From Mobula hypostoma (lineage: Eukaryota), in assembly GCF_963921235.1 (NCBI RefSeq), contig NC_086097.1:5952001-6016000 (forward strand): a DNA stretch of 64,000 bases, in the 5' to 3' direction. A program made the position numbers and the translations under genes. Positions 42,197-56,543 of this stretch are shown one piece after another. Numbering within the stretch: the stretch's first letter is position 1; every line of letters begins with the position of its first letter. The notes under the pieces are model-generated. The model was not told where the DNA came from. It saw only the letters and a list, made by a program, of their open reading frames with translations, and did not search any database.

Positions 42197-45100
42197 CTAG
42201 TGATGCACTGCTGAATAGATGGGCAGGCACCGGGAAAACCTGAAAAAGATACAGCCAATATTTAAAATAGCCCATCAACACCACAGACTGCAATACTGCA
42301 ATTGCTTCTTGGGGGACAGTCCACTTACAACAGAGGCACTCGAGTAGTTAAGAGAAGAAAGACACACATGAATTGGGCTTTGGAAGTGAACATATAAATA
42401 ATGCATGTATATTATCAAGTTAAGGACTTGAGACTGATATGACAGCATACAGGGACAATTTCATCAACAGTTTATAGACAATATCCCTCCCTGTAAATAA
42501 ATGCACAACAAATAGCAGATCATCATAGAGTGATTGTAAAAAATAACTTAATCTCCATATATATGTTAAACCAAACAAAACATGAAGTTGCACAAAAGCT
42601 TGAAAGAAACCAACCTAAAGACCACAACAAAACCATGCAAGAAAATAATGAAGATGCAACCCACTGAAACATTGATAAAAAGACAATTATTTCAAATGCT
42701 TCACAATAGGACAATAACAGTAACAGCCCAGACCCAGACCCTCTGCAGAATGGAGATAACAAAGCTGAGCTAACAGACAAAATTATCCTAATACTTAACA
42801 CCACACTAACAGAATATACAGGCATTGACCCAATAAAAAACCCTACACGCCAAAACAAAATGCATTCTCAGAATTTGCAAAACATGTTGATACTCCCAGC
42901 CATATTATATTACTATAACATTTCGGAAAACTTGATACATTTGAAGAACTACACACAATAAGATACTGTGCAGCATTAGCAGAATTGCAGTGCAATGGCT
43001 CCAAAATTGAGGCATTCAGCAACAGAAACTCAAAACTGAGTATTGAAATGAGACCTCCAAAGTGGCAGAAGAGATTAAAATCCAAAATTGAAACCTGAAG
43101 ATCAGAAATAGCTCGCCTGATGGAGGATAACCCAAGCAAGAAAGTTAAAAGAATAGCTAAGGAAATACTAAGTAAATATAAGGTCCATGCAAGATACAAT
43201 CAGCCTAACAAAAACACTGTAGAGTTTATTGATACACTAAAGCAAAAGCTTGCTGCATACAAAGCCCGACTAAATAGATGAATGAAATGTACCAGACGAA
43301 GCAAACAAAATTATCAGTTCAGAAACAATGAAAAAGATTTATATAGGAGATTGAAACTAAATTCAAGGTAGCAAAATTTCACCAACCTAAGCACGGAATT
43401 ACTATCAAACACAGAGATAATGAACTTTTGGTCTAATATCTGGGCAAACTGTTCTTACGTTCAAACTGGGTGATGCATGATCAAGAAGCAAACTGGAATA
43501 GGGAGGGAAAAGAATGCAGACATGCGACTGAAGAAATGCAAATACCTAAAGCTATAAAGGAATGCTGAAAGTAATCCGGTAGTGATAATATTCATAATTA
43601 TTGGTATAAAATTTTACTTGCCTTCATCCATATCTATTAACACATATCGACAATCTTCTTAAAAATCCTGAAAATGTAAAACATGTCTTTTACCTAAAGG
43701 GAAAATCATTAAAAATCCATCAAAATGTCATCCAATTGCTTGTTTACACACTATGCATAAAATTGTAATATGATGTATCTCATAACTAATCACCACTCAC
43801 TTAGATAACCACAATATACTTACAGAAGAGCAGGAAGGATTCAGTAAGCGTTCAAAAGGGTGTAAAGAATAACTGATTCCGTAATTCTAAATCAAGCTCA
43901 GTGGAAAAGCAGAAATCTGCTATATTGACTACCAAAAGGCATTTGACTCTGTCTCACACTCATGCTTAACAGAAGTTATAAACTACAGTGCTTATAGAGT
44001 GTATTCACTCCTAACCCCCCTTGGAGTTCTTCATGTTTTATTGTTTTACGACAATGGTTTACAGTGGATTTAATTTGGAATTTTTTTTGTAATTTATTTT
44101 TTATAGAAGTTCATCATCAAACAAGCATTTCCATAAGATGTATTTCAGATACTGTACATATATATCATATAGTCATATTTGTCACAAATCTCCACATAAT
44201 ATTTATCTGAGGTATACACTTATAGAAAGGTGAGGAAAGAAAGAACAATCAAAAGAAGAAAACTACAAACGTATGTACAAAGTAGGGAGTGATTTATTTT
44301 ATAACATATTCATTGACTTGTGAGAATAAAATCAGGCCTATGAGGTGTTATGTAGTTAGACCATTTTTCCCAGTATGAATTAAATTGTTCCAACCTATGA
44401 TTAACAGATGCTGTTCTCTTCTCCATTTTGTAAATGTCCATTGTAATTTCCATCCATATATTAAAGTTGGGCTCTCCTATGATAAATATTTCCTGGTGAT
44501 AGTCTTTCTACCAGCCACCAGCAGTATATTCATTAAATACTTATTTCCTTTCAACCTATCTTCAGGTATATCCCAAAATATATGGTCTTACTTTCTAAGG
44601 GTATTTCACATTTAAAGATGTCTCATAGGGCATTGTGTATCCTACTCCAATAGTCTTTGATAACGGGGCTTTCCCAGAAAATATGATAATGGCTTGCATT
44701 TTGATTTCCACAATTTCTCTAGCAAACAGGGAGGTTACTATCATAATGGGATTTCTGAAAGGGTGGAATAAAATATCTTATCAAGTTTTTCCACCCGAAC
44801 TCCCTCCATTTCTGTGAACTGGTACACTTCCATTGATACCTCCATATTATTGTCCATTCTTCCTCAGATATTATTATTATCCCTCCTTCCTTCTCCCATT
44901 TTGTTTTAATGTATGAAGTCGAATGAGTTTTAAGATTTGACAAACCCTTATACGTGCTTGAAATTATTCTACTACCGTTGTCTGAATTATATGCTTTTCT
45001 AAACAGCTCTATCAAACATGTGCTTGCCTTGGTTACATTTTTAACTGTCCTGTTAACATACCGTTGCATCTGTAAATACCGATAAAAGTCTTGTTTTTCT

Positions 45101-45960
45101 ACTGTGTTTCTCTTTGAGCATTTCAAAACTGAACAGTGTTCTTTCTTTCATTATATTGCAAATAGCTGTTATTCCTTTAGCTGTCCAATCCTTAAATCCA
45201 CGTTCCAGTTTGTTTGGCATAAAATCGGAGTCATATGCACACAATTTAAGAATTGTCTCTCTCTAGTTTATATTCTTTTATAATAGTTTTCCATATTTTA
45301 AGAGTCCATTTCACCCATGGGTTAGCAATAGTATTTATGCAACTTTGTAGGTTGTTATCAGCCAGAGTTGCCTGTATGGGGATGGAAAGTATCCTCTCCT
45401 CAATGTTTTTCCATTGAGCGTCATATGATGGGTTGCACCAGCATATCACAGCTCTCAACTGTGCTGCAAAATAATAATCTCTAAGAGAAGGGAGACCCCA
45501 TCCCCACTTTTCCTTGGCTAATTGCAAAGTTTTGAGACAAACTCTAGGTCTTTTACCTTGCCATATATATCTTGATAGCATCTTGTTCCATTCATTGAAC
45601 TGATTTTGGTTAATCTCTATTGGTAGAGTCTGGAAGAGATATATTAGTCTGGGCAGTATATTCATTTTAATAGATTCAATCCTTGAACTGAGACCAAGGA
45701 AAGGAATTAGGTTCCATCTTGCTATATCTTCCTTAATTTTTTTATATATAGGCTGATAATTGCATTCTGATAATTTTGTCAAATCTTTTGGCATAATGAT
45801 GCCCAAATATTTGTCAGACTCTGTTTGCCATGCCCAAGGATATCTACTTTCAATTTCTCTTGGTGGGCTATAGTTATATGAAAGTAGCTGGGTTTTATTT
45901 GTGTTGATCTTGTGTCCTGATAATTGGCCATATTTTTCAAAGGATTGCATCAATTTAGGT

Positions 45961-48786
45961 TTATGATTATGATATAGTTGGGATCAGAGAGACGTGGCTC
46001 CAGGATGACCAAGGATGGGAGCTCAACATTCTGGGATATTCAATATTCAGGAGGGATAGACATGAAAGAAAAGGAGGTGGGGTGGTGTTGCTGGTTAGAG
46101 AGGAGATTAATGCGATAGAAAGGAAGGACATAAACCGGGAAGATGTGGAATCAATATGGGTAGAGCTGCATAACACTAAGGGGAAGAAAACGCTGGTGGG
46201 AGCTGTGTACAGGACACCTAACAGTAGTAGTGAGGTTGGGGATGGTATTAAACAGGAAATTAGAAATGTGTGCAATAAAGGAACAGCAGTTATAATGGGT
46301 GACTTCAATCTACATGTAGATTGGGTGAACCAAATTGGTAAGGGTGCTGAGGAAGAGGATTTCTTGGAATGTATGCGGGATGGTTTTTTGAATCAACATG
46401 TCGAGGAACCAACTAGAGAGCAGGCTATTCTAGACTGGGTATTGAGCAATGAGGAAGGGTTAATTAGCAATCTTGTCGTGAGAGGCCCCGTGGGTAAGAG
46501 TGACCATAGTATGGTGGAATTCTTCATTAAGATGGAGAGTGTCATAGTTAATTCAGAAACAAAGGTTCTGAACTTAAAGAAGGGTAACTTTGAAGGTATG
46601 AGACATGAATTAGCTAAGATAGACTGGCAAATGACACTTAAAGGGCTGACGGTGGATATGCAATGGCAAGCATTTAAAGATGGCATGGATGAACTACAAC
46701 AATTGTTCATCCCAGTTTGGCAAAAGAATAAATCAAGGAAGGTAGTGCACCTGTGGCTGACAAGGGAAATTAAGGATAGTATCAATTCCAAAGAAGAAGC
46801 ATACAAATTAGCCAGAGAAAGTGGCTCACCTGAGGACTGGGAGAAATTCACAGTTCAGCAGAGGAGGACAATGGGTTTAATTAGGAAGGGGAAAAAAGAT
46901 TATGAGAGAAAACTGGCGGGGAACATAAAAACTGACTGTAAAAGCTTTTATAGATATGTGAAAAGAAAAAGATTGGTTAAGACAAATGTAGGTCCCCTGC
47001 AGACAGAAACAGGTGAATTGATTATGGGGAGCAAGGACATGGCAGACCAATTGAATAATTACTTTGGTTCTGTCTTCACTGAGGAGGACATAAATAATCT
47101 TCCGGAAATAGTAGGGGACAGAGGGTCCAGTGAGATGGAGGAACTGAGGGAAATACATGTCAGTAGGGAAGTGGTGTTAGGTAAATTGAAGGGATTAAAG
47201 GTAGATAAATCCCCAGGGCCAGATAGTCTGCATCCCAGAGTGCTTAAGGAAGTAGCCCAAGAAATAGTGGATGCATTAGTGATAATTTTTCAAAATTCTA
47301 GATTCTGGACTAGTTCCTGAGGATTGGAGGGTGGCTAATGTAACCCCACTTTTTAAAAAAGGAGGGAGAGAGAAACCACGGAATTATAGACCGGTTAGCC
47401 TAACATCGTTGGTGGGGAAACTGCTAGAGTCAGTTATCAAAGATGTGATAACTGCACATCTGGAAAGCGGTGAAATCATCGGACAAAGTCAGCATGGATT
47501 TGTGAAAGGAAAATCATGTCTGACGAATCTCATAGAATTTTTTGAGGATGTAACTAGTAGAGTGGATAGGGGAGAACAAGTGGATGTGGTATATTTGGAT
47601 TTTCAAAAGGCTTTTGACAAGGTCCCACACAGGAGATTAGTGTGCAAACTTAAAGCACACGGTACTGGGGGTAAGGTATTGATGTGGATAGAGAATTGGT
47701 TGGCAGACAGGAAGCAAAGAGTGGGAATAAACGGGACCTTTTCTGAATGGCAGGCAGTGACTAGTGGGGTACCGCAAGGGTCAGTGCTGGGACCCCAGTT
47801 GTTTACAATATATATTAATGACTTAGATGAAGGAATTAAATGCAGCATCTCCAAGTTTGCGGATGACACGAAGCTGGGTGGCAGTGTTAGCAGTGAGGAG
47901 GATGCTAAGAGGATGCAGGGTGACTTGGATAGGTTGGGTGAGTGGGCAAATTCATGGCAGATGAAATTTAATGTGGATAAATGTGAAGTTATCCACTTTG
48001 GTGGCAAAATAGGAAACCAGATTATTATCTGAATGGTGGCCGATTAGGAAAAGGGGAGGTGCAATGAGACCTGGGTGTCATTATACACCAGTCATTGAAA
48101 GTGGGCATGCAGGTACAGCAGGCGGTGAAAAAGGCAAATGGTATGCTGGCATTTATAGCAAGAGGATTCGAGTACAGGAGCAGGGAGGTTCTACTGCAGT
48201 TGTACAAGGCCTTGATGAGACCACACCTGGAGGATTGTGTGCAGTTTTGGTCCCCTAATCTGAGGAAAGACATCTTTGCCATAGAGGGAGTACAAAGGAG
48301 GTTCACCAGATTGATTCCTGGGATGGCAGGACTTTCATATGAAGAAAGACTGGATGAACTAGGCTTATACTCGTTGAAATTTAGAAGATTGAGGGGGGAT
48401 CTTATTGAAACGTATAAAATCCTAAAGGGATTGGACAGGCTAGATGCAGGAAGATTGTTCCCGATGTTGGGGAAGTCCAGAACGAGGGGTCACAGTTTGA
48501 GGATAAAGGGGAAGCCTTTTAGGACCGAGATTAGGAAAAACTTCTTCACACAGAGAGTGGTGAATCTGTGGAATTCTCTGCCACAGGAAATAGTTGAGGC
48601 CAGTTCATTGGCTATATTTAAGAGGGAGTTAGATATGGCCCTTGTGGCTAAAGGGATCGGGGGGTATGGAGGGAAGGCTGGTGCAGGGTTCTGAGTTGGA
48701 TGATCAGCCATGATCATACTGAATGGTGGTGCAGGCTCGAAGGGTCGAATGGCCTACTCCTGCACCTATTTTCTATGTTTCTATGT
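45961..48786 (+). mobile_element. CR1 LINE ORF2 (APE+RT), few disablements
   Basis: ORFs of 412, 233 and 199 aa: GDFNL, SDH, NYRPVSLTS, KFADDTK; (ttctatg)n tail; inserted into the L1 RT region. Confidence 0.96.
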
Positions 48787-51051
48787 AAAGAGTATGTTGG
48801 TTGCCCTAGATAGATCACAATGTCATCTGTATAACAGGCCAATTTAAGTTCTGTCCCTTTCGTATTAATTCCCCTGATATCTTCATTTTGTCTGATGTGT
48901 TGAGCTGATGGTTTCAGCTATAATGCGAAGAGTAGCGGTGACCATGCACAACCCTGTCTCGTTCCCCTTTCTTGGGTAAAACTATTAGATAAATATCCAT
49001 TGATTTTAATCCTAGCAGTAGGATTGTAATATAGTGCCTGTATATTTTTAATAATTGTGTCATGTAGAGCAAATCTATGTAAAACTCTGTAAAGAAAATT
49101 CCAATTAACCAAATCAAATTCCTTTTCAGCATCCACGCTTATCACTATTGCTTCAATTTTATTTATTTTATATGATCCATAAAGTGAAGTGTCCTTCGTA
49201 TATTATCTTGTGTTTGGCGTTGTTATATAAAACCTGTCTGATCATTATGTATCAGTGTGGGTAGAAACTCTTCAAATCGTTTGGCCATGATGGAGGTGAA
49301 TAATCTATAATCCACATTAAGAACAGATATTGTTCTAAATGACCCACATTCCATTTTATCCTTGCCTCCGTTCGGTGTAGCTGAGATTATCACCTCCTTC
49401 CAGCTGGGTGGCATTTGTGCCTTTTTCAAGAGTCCAGTTCAGGGTGGGGAGTAAAACAGCAACAAACTCATTTCTAAACTCTTTATACCACTCTGCCGTA
49501 TATCCATCTGATCCTGGTGACTTGCTTAATTTAAGCCTACTAATTGCAGATTTTAGTTCAGCTTCAGTTATGTCAGCAGTCATCTTTCTATTTTATTCTT
49601 TGCTAAGGTGGGTAACTAAAGAATTCAGGAAGGTGTCAAGCTGGGCTATGCTTCCCCCTGGAACTTTGGAATATAGAGTTTTGTAAGACATTTCAAAAGC
49701 TTCTTGAATTTCACTTTTGTTCTTGGATCCCTAATTCTATGAATCATATTTTCTGCTATCATTTTTTTCAGTTTCCACGCCAGTATTTTCGTAGCTATAG
49801 ATCCACTTTCATAGTGTCTCTGTTTCAGAAACATTATTTTTTTTCTAATTTCTTATGTAGCCAAACTATTAATTTCATTCCTAATTTTTAAAATTTCCTC
49901 TAGTGTATCCTGTGACAAACTCAATTTGTGTTTTTTTCTTGTTCCTTCAGCTTACTTTGTAATTCCTCTCATGTTTTATTCCTTTTTTTCCTTATATGAG
50001 GATATCGCTCTAATTTTCCCTCTTAAGACAGCCTTCAGAGTATCCCAATGAATTCTAAGAAAAGAACAATTTCTTTTTTAATTTGTTCCTTAAAATAGGA
50101 ATCATTGAGTAGACTTGAATTTAGTTTCCAAATAGTATTCTTTGGTTGTAGGTCAAAATCAACAGATAAATATATAGGTGCATGGTCACTTACATCTATT
50201 GTCCCAACTCCACAGGTGTTTATTTTGTCTTCATCTTTTCCAAATGTTATGAAATAGTCTATTCTTGTATATACGGAATGGGGGCAGAATAATGAGTGTA
50301 ATCCCCTCTGTCAGGGAAAAGGTTCCTCCATATATCAATTAGACTAACTTCCTCAAAAAGAGTGTTGACTTTCTTATGTAAGGACTTTGTTTCACAAGTT
50401 TTTCTATTGGAAGAGTCTAACTTTGGTTGTAATTGTAAATTTAAGTCTACTCCACATATCAAGAGACCTTCTGTTTCCATTACTATAATATTAGTAAGTT
50501 TCTGGAAGAAACTCATATCAGTTCTTGGGGGTGTGTATATATTCAATAAAATAACTGGATTTCCGACTATATTCCCCCTTACAAGAAAATATCTGCCCTC
50601 CTTATCTCCCATTTCAAATACTTTTTCAAAATTTAGCTTACTTGAGATGAGAATAGCAACTCCTCTTCTATGTCCTGATTTATATGAGGAGAAAAACAAA
50701 TTAGTGAAGCCCATTCTCTCTAATTTTCCATGCTGGTTATCACTTAAGAACGAAGAAACATGAATAATAAAAAAAAGGTAACAAAAGTGTGATTCCAAGG
50801 CTGGGATCTCCAGATGACCCTGGGTTGAGCTGGAAGAAACATCTAGCCGTGGGGGATAGCCCCTCCTACCTGTGAGTTGAGGGCCCCCACCGCAGTACCT
50901 ATAAAAGTAAGTAAAAAAATCTATGTCTATTACACAGAAATGATTTCCCTGTGTATTCCTCCCATATATATATATTCTCATTTAGGTGGGGGAAAAGGAG
51001 TGAATGAATGAATTTAAAAAATTGAGTAATATAGAATCCACATTATAATAC

Positions 51052-51714
51052 AGAGGGGAGGAGAAGATGGCGACGCAATGCAGGGCGCCCGGCCGCTCCG
51101 AAATGATATCGTATTTGTGAAGTAGGATGCCGTGCACAATCCTGATTTGATGGAGACAGACATGAGAAGCACGAAGGAACATCTGGAGAAACTTCTGAAA
51201 TGCCTGCTTCGCTGCCACTGCTACTGTGCGATCAAGAATCTCCACAGGGAAGGCCCCAAATCCTCGCTTTTGCCTATTGCTGGGGCCGGGGTTGAAGCGC
51301 TCGGCAGAGATGGTGCTCGGTGTTGGAGGGCTGGTAGGAGGCTCAAAGTTTTCGGACGGACTCAAGAGTCGGTTGTGGTCGGGCGCTTCCAGGGTGCTGC
51401 ATCAGCAAGTTTGCGGCACTGGAAGCTCATGGCAGGAAAAAAAGTTTCTCTTCCTTCTACCATCTGCGTGAGATGATGGGACTTCCAAGAGACTTTGAGA
51501 CTTTTTTTTACCGTGCCCATGGTCTGTTCTTTATCAAATTACGGTATTGCTTTGCACTGTTGTAACTATATGTTATAATTATGTGGTTTTTGTCAGTTTT
51601 TCAGTCTTGGTTTGTCTTGTGTTTCTGTGATATCATTCTGAAGGAACATTGTATCATTTCTTGATGCATGCATTACTAAAAGACAATAAAAGAGGACTGC
51701 GTGTCCTCATAATC
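51052..51714 (+). mobile_element. Non-autonomous element with AAGATGGCG head and Rex1-like 3' tail
   Basis: Interrupts the L1 inter-ORF region; tail ggaacattgtatcattt...gacaataaa resembles the Rex1 tail at about 3585-3640. Confidence 0.55.
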
Positions 51715-51925
51715 ATATTTCTTGAGATAAGTATATCACCGTCTATTTTTGCTTCCATTTAGTTTATCAGCACTTTTAAAGTTAGCCAAACCTTATGGCT
51801 CTTCTGGAGGAGGTGAGGGCTGTCTTTAGAGAACTCAGTCTCTTGTCCTCCTCCCGTCCCCTGCTTTCTCGGTTCTCTTACTATTTCTCCAGCAGATCGG
51901 GACAGCTGTTCAGCCAGACTTTCAA

Positions 51926-52570
51926 AACTGCAAACATGAGGAAATGTGCAGATGCTGGAAATTCAAGCAACACACATAAAAAGTGTTGGTGAACGCAGCA
52001 GACCAGGCAGCACCTATAGGAAGAGGTACAGTCGAAGTTTCGGACCGAGACCTTTCGTCAGGACTAACTGAACGAAGAGATAGTAAGAGATTTGGAAGTG
52101 GGAGGGGGAGGGGGAGATCTGAAATGATAGGAGAAGACAAGAAGGGGAGGGATGGAATGAAGAGCTGGAAAGCTGATTGGCAAAAGGGATATGAGGCTGA
52201 AGAAGGGAGAGGATCATGGGACGGGTGGCCTAGGGAGAAAGAAAGGGGAAGGGGAGCCCAGAGGATGGGCAAGGAGTATAGTGAGAGGGACAGAGGGAGA
52301 AAAAAGAGAGAGAGAGAAAAATATAATAAAAATATATAAGGGATGGGGTACGAGGGGGAGATGGGGCATTAACGGACTGTTAGAGAAGTCAATGTTCATG
52401 CCATCAGGTTGGAGGCTACCCAGACAGAATATAAGGTGTTGTTCCTCCAACCTGAGTGTGGCTTCATCTTGACTGTAGAGGACGCCTTATATTCCATCTG
52501 GGTAGCCTCCAACCTGATGGCATGAACATTGACTTTTCTAACTTCCGTTGATGCCCCACCTCTCCTTCTC
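51926..52570 (-). mobile_element. Penelope 3' part/pLTR with inverted 5' segment, inserted in L1 ORF1
   Basis: EEQHLIFCLGSLQPDGMNIDFSN; inverted repeat 52357-52436 / 52485-52565. Confidence 0.9.
52030..52065 (-). ncRNA. Minimal type I hammerhead ribozyme motif (Penelope pLTR), slightly decayed
   Basis: AGUC-CUGACGA-A-AGGUCUCGGUCC-GAAAC-UUC-GACU. Confidence 0.7.
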
Positions 52571-54791
52571 TGTCTCCGGGAGGCCTCGGGACGAGTGCAC
52601 AATGCACCCTTTCAATTTCAATCTCCAGCGCTTCCCGCAGCAGCTTTTCTACAAACTCCATGATCGATAACCCCTCCGCTCCTTCGGGAACATTATAAAT
52701 CCTGATATTTTTCCATCGCGATCTTCCCTCCTGGTTAAGCAATTTACTTTCCTGTTGATTTAATATTTTTATCGTCTTACTTAGTATCGTTTCCACATTT
52801 GCAAGCTATCTTCCATCTTCTCAGTTCGAGTCTCTGGCACCACTATTTTCTGATTGACGTTGGCGAGCTCTAACTTGATATCATTGAGTTGCTGTTTTAT
52901 ATCTTTTTGAACTTCCCTTATCTCTTCCAGAATCTTTATCATATTTGCCGCTTCGCCTGAATGAGGCCCAGAGTCAGCCTCGCCACCATGAGCACGTGTA
53001 GGAGAGCCGTGTGCTGCACCTCTCTCTTCCATAGGCTCTGCAGTGATGCTTTTTGTATCTCCATTCTTTTTCCCCATTCTTGCCCCCTTTTTTATCAATT
53101 CAGATATTTTCAGAAGATCTTATATTTGATGGATTAATGGGGCAAAATATGTGTTTTTTCCGGAGGAGCTATTGATTTTAGCTGCCATTCTGGACGATGA
53201 CGTCACCGGAACCTAATTTGGATTTTTTTGACAATGATCAACAGAAAAAGACTCTTTCATGTCAAGGTGAAAACAGACCTCTACAAAATGATCTAAATTA
53301 ATTACAAATATAAAACACAAAATAATTGATTGCACAAATATTCAAGCCCTTCAAGAGAGTATTTAGTAGATGCATCTTTGGCAGCAATTACGGCCTTGAG
53401 TCTGTGTGGATAGGTCTCTATCAGCTTTGCACATCTGGAGACTGCAATTCTTCCCCATCCTTCTTTACAAAACTGCTCAAGATGTGTCAGATTGCATGGG
53501 AATCATGAGTCATCAGCCCTTTCCAAGTTCTGCCACAAATTCTCGATTGGATTGAGGTCTGCTGACATGACCACTCCAGAACATCGACATTGCTCATTTT
53601 AAGCCATTCCTGTGTAGCTTTGGCTTTATGCTTAGGGTCATTGTCTTGCTGGAAAACAAATCTTCTCCCAAGTCGCAGTTTCTCTTGCAGACTGCATCAG
53701 GTTTTCCTCCAGGATTTCCCTGTATTTTGCTGCATTCATTTTATCCTCTCCGTTGCAGAGCTATTGAGAGTCTGCTGCAGTGAAGCATCCCCACAGCCTG
53801 ATGCAGCCACCACCATGCTTCATGGTAGAGATGGTGTTTTTTTTTGATGATATGCCGTGTTTGGTTTACACCAAACATAGCATTTAGACTGAAGGCCAAA
53901 ACGCTCAATGTGGGCTTTATCAGACCATAAAATCTTCTTCCAGCTGATGTCAGAGTCTCCCATATGCCTTCTGGCAAACTCTAACCACGATTTCATGTGA
54001 GTTTTTTTTCAACAGTGACTTCCTCTTTGCCACTCTCATAAAGCTGTGACTGGTGAAGCACCCCGGCAACAGTTATTGTACGCGCAGTCTCTCCTATCTC
54101 AGCTACTGAAACTTGTACCTCCTCCAGTGTTGTCATGGGTCTCTTGGTGGCCTCCCTCACTAGTCCCCTTCTTGCATCGTTACTCAGTTTTTGAGGACGG
54201 CCTGCTCTAGGCAGATTTACAGCTGTGCCATATTCTTTCCATTTCTTGATGATAGACTTAACTGTACTCCAAGGGATTTTGAAACATCTTGACTGCACAC
54301 AGTTGATCACCTATTAACTAAATATGTAACTTCTAAAACCAATTGTCTGAACCAGTGATGATTTGATGTGTCATATAAAGGGGAGGGGGGTGGTGAGTAC
54401 TTATGCAATCAATTATTTTGAGTTTATATTTGTAATTAATTTAGATCACTTTGTAGAGGTCTGTTTTCACTGAGGTCAAAAAGACAAATTAAGTCCACTG
54501 TGATTCAATGTTGTAAAACATGAAAACTTCCGGGGGGGGGGGGGGGCGAGAGAACACTTTTTACAGGCAAAACTTGTGAAATTACTGCAACATCTAATGA
54601 AGTACTGGCATACAATAATCACCATATCTATTAACAACCAAAAATGAGCAACCACCATTATTAAAATAGTCAGCTATGGTTCTGTTTAGCTTTAAACACA
54701 CTTTCTAATTTACTGAATTGGAAAAAAATTGGGTGTCAACTCAGAAACAGGCAAATAAGCTATATCTTAACACACCTTCTATACAAGGATG

Positions 54792-55103
54792 GTGGACATG
54801 TGGCCAAGTGGTTAAGGCATTGGACTAGTGATCTGAAGGTCGTGAGTTCGAGCCCCAGCCAAGGCAACGTGTTGTGTCCTTGAGCAAGGCACTTAATCAA
54901 GCATTGCTCTGCAACGGCACTGGTGCCAAGCTGTATGGGTCCTAATGCCCTTCCCTTGGACAACATTGGTGTCGTGGAGAGGGGAGACTTGCAGCATGGG
55001 CAACTGCTGGTCTTCCATACAACCTTGCTCAGGCCTGTGCCCTGGAGAGTGAAGACTTTCCAGGCGCAGATCCATGGTCTCGCAAGACTAACGGATACCT
55101 TTA
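54792..55103 (+). mobile_element. tRNA-derived SINE (same family as 41880-42196)
   Basis: A/B boxes; perfect 13-bp TSD ctatacaaggatg (54779-54791 and 55104-55116). Confidence 0.9.
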
Positions 55104-56386
55104 CTATACAAGGATGATTTGAAATCATACGCTCCTTCATCAGCTAAGTTAAAGCAATGAATTCAAAGAATAGAAGTACCTTCGAAATGTATAACCATGA
55201 ACTTTGGACTGGATAAGTTCAGAACATTAAACATAAAGAAAGGGGCAATAGAGCTAGTAGAATACAAGACAGAGCAGCAGGATACAATACAACTGACGGA
55301 TGAATATGCAACAAATAAGTAGCTGGGATATCAGCAAGGAAAGAATATAGATCATAGTGTGATAAAGGAAAAGCTTTAAACAGAATTTACTCCAAGGCTT
55401 AAGAATATCTGCCAGAGTTCAACAGTAAAAGTATAACAAAGGCAATAAACACTTTCTCTATATCCATATTAATGCATTCTTCTGGTATAATATCTTGGTG
55501 TGAAAATGATCTGGAAAATTTACTAAGAAAAATAAGGACTGAATTGACAAATTTCAGAAAATATTATGTACGTTTGAATGCACTTAGATTAACACCACCT
55601 AGGACAGAAAGGGGAAGTGGAATAACAGACATAAAAAATCTATACAACAATCAGATAAAACTTCTAAGGATACATTTTCATTAATGAAAACAGGAATCAG
55701 CACTCCATGCAAGCACAAGCAATTCTGCTAAGAAGTACACACCACTAAATTTAAATGAGAGTACAACCCAGAAAAAAGAAGATAATATCACTATTGAAGA
55801 ACGAGTTAACCATGACCCTCCATGGAAAGACATCCCCACAATCTCAGCTGACTAGATTTCGACAAGGAAGCATTGAATGCCTGGCTCAGAGTTGGAGACC
55901 CCTTCTCAGAAACAGAGTGCTCCTTGAGGCAATACAAGACCAGGTGGTTAACACAAAATATTATCAAAAATACATGATAAAAGACTAAAAAATTGAAGAT
56001 GATAAATGCAGAAAATTCCAAGAAACCAGATCCTGCAGCAGTTTAGCTTTATCTGATTACTTACACAGGCATAATCAAGTGGCCTGCATAATTTACCAAA
56101 ATCTGCCTTAAAATACAAACTCATGAAAGGCACCCTACCTTACTATAATTACAAGCCTGATCCAATTTTGGAGTCAGAATCATATAAAATTATTTTACCA
56201 CCAAGCCATTATTACAGATGAGACAATCCATAATAACCGTCCAAGATAAACAGGTAGAAACAACTTACTTAATAGATATAGCCCTTCCAAACACACATAA
56301 CATACAGAAATTGGTTAAGTGGAAAACACCAGAAACATGCTGAATTAAAAGGGGAAATTGAAAGACTGTGGAACATGAACAGGGTA

Positions 56387-56543
56387 TAGTCATAGTCATA
56401 GTCATACATTATTGATCCCGAGGGAAATTGGTTTTCATTACAGTTGCACCATAAATAATTAAATAGTAATAAAACCATAAATATTTAAATAGTAATAAGT
56501 AAATTATGCCAGGAAATAAGTCCAGGAACAGCCTATTGGCTCA
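56387..56543 (-). mobile_element. Short 3' tail of the young (GACTAT)n Rex1 family inside Dong
   Basis: Near-identical to 2570-2720. Confidence 0.85.

Larger units (their letters stand above)
44089..53213 (-). mobile_element. Full-span L1/Tx1-superfamily LINE (ORF1 + ORF2, degenerate)
   Basis: 5' ggttccggtgacgtcatcgtccagaatggcagc; ORF1 EGRSRWKNIRIYNVPEGAEG; ORF2 SVDAEKEFD, RGTRQGCAWSPLL, KMNILPRLIYLFQTLP; TSD taatttgga(a)ttttttt at 44071 and 53214. Confidence 0.92.
43986..54568 (-). mobile_element. Tc1/mariner transposon (long TIRs; transposase pseudogene about 53380-54310), split by L1
   Basis: TA|CAGTG left end; matching inverted right end at about 54380-54568; IPWSTVKSIIKKWKEYGT...GRPQKLS paired-like HTH; FQQDNDPKH. 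Confidence 0.9.

Noticed and set aside
45961..48786. Possibly active or domesticated CR1
   Set aside because: 5'-truncated, with frameshifts near 47320 and 48010 and an in-frame stop near 48065.
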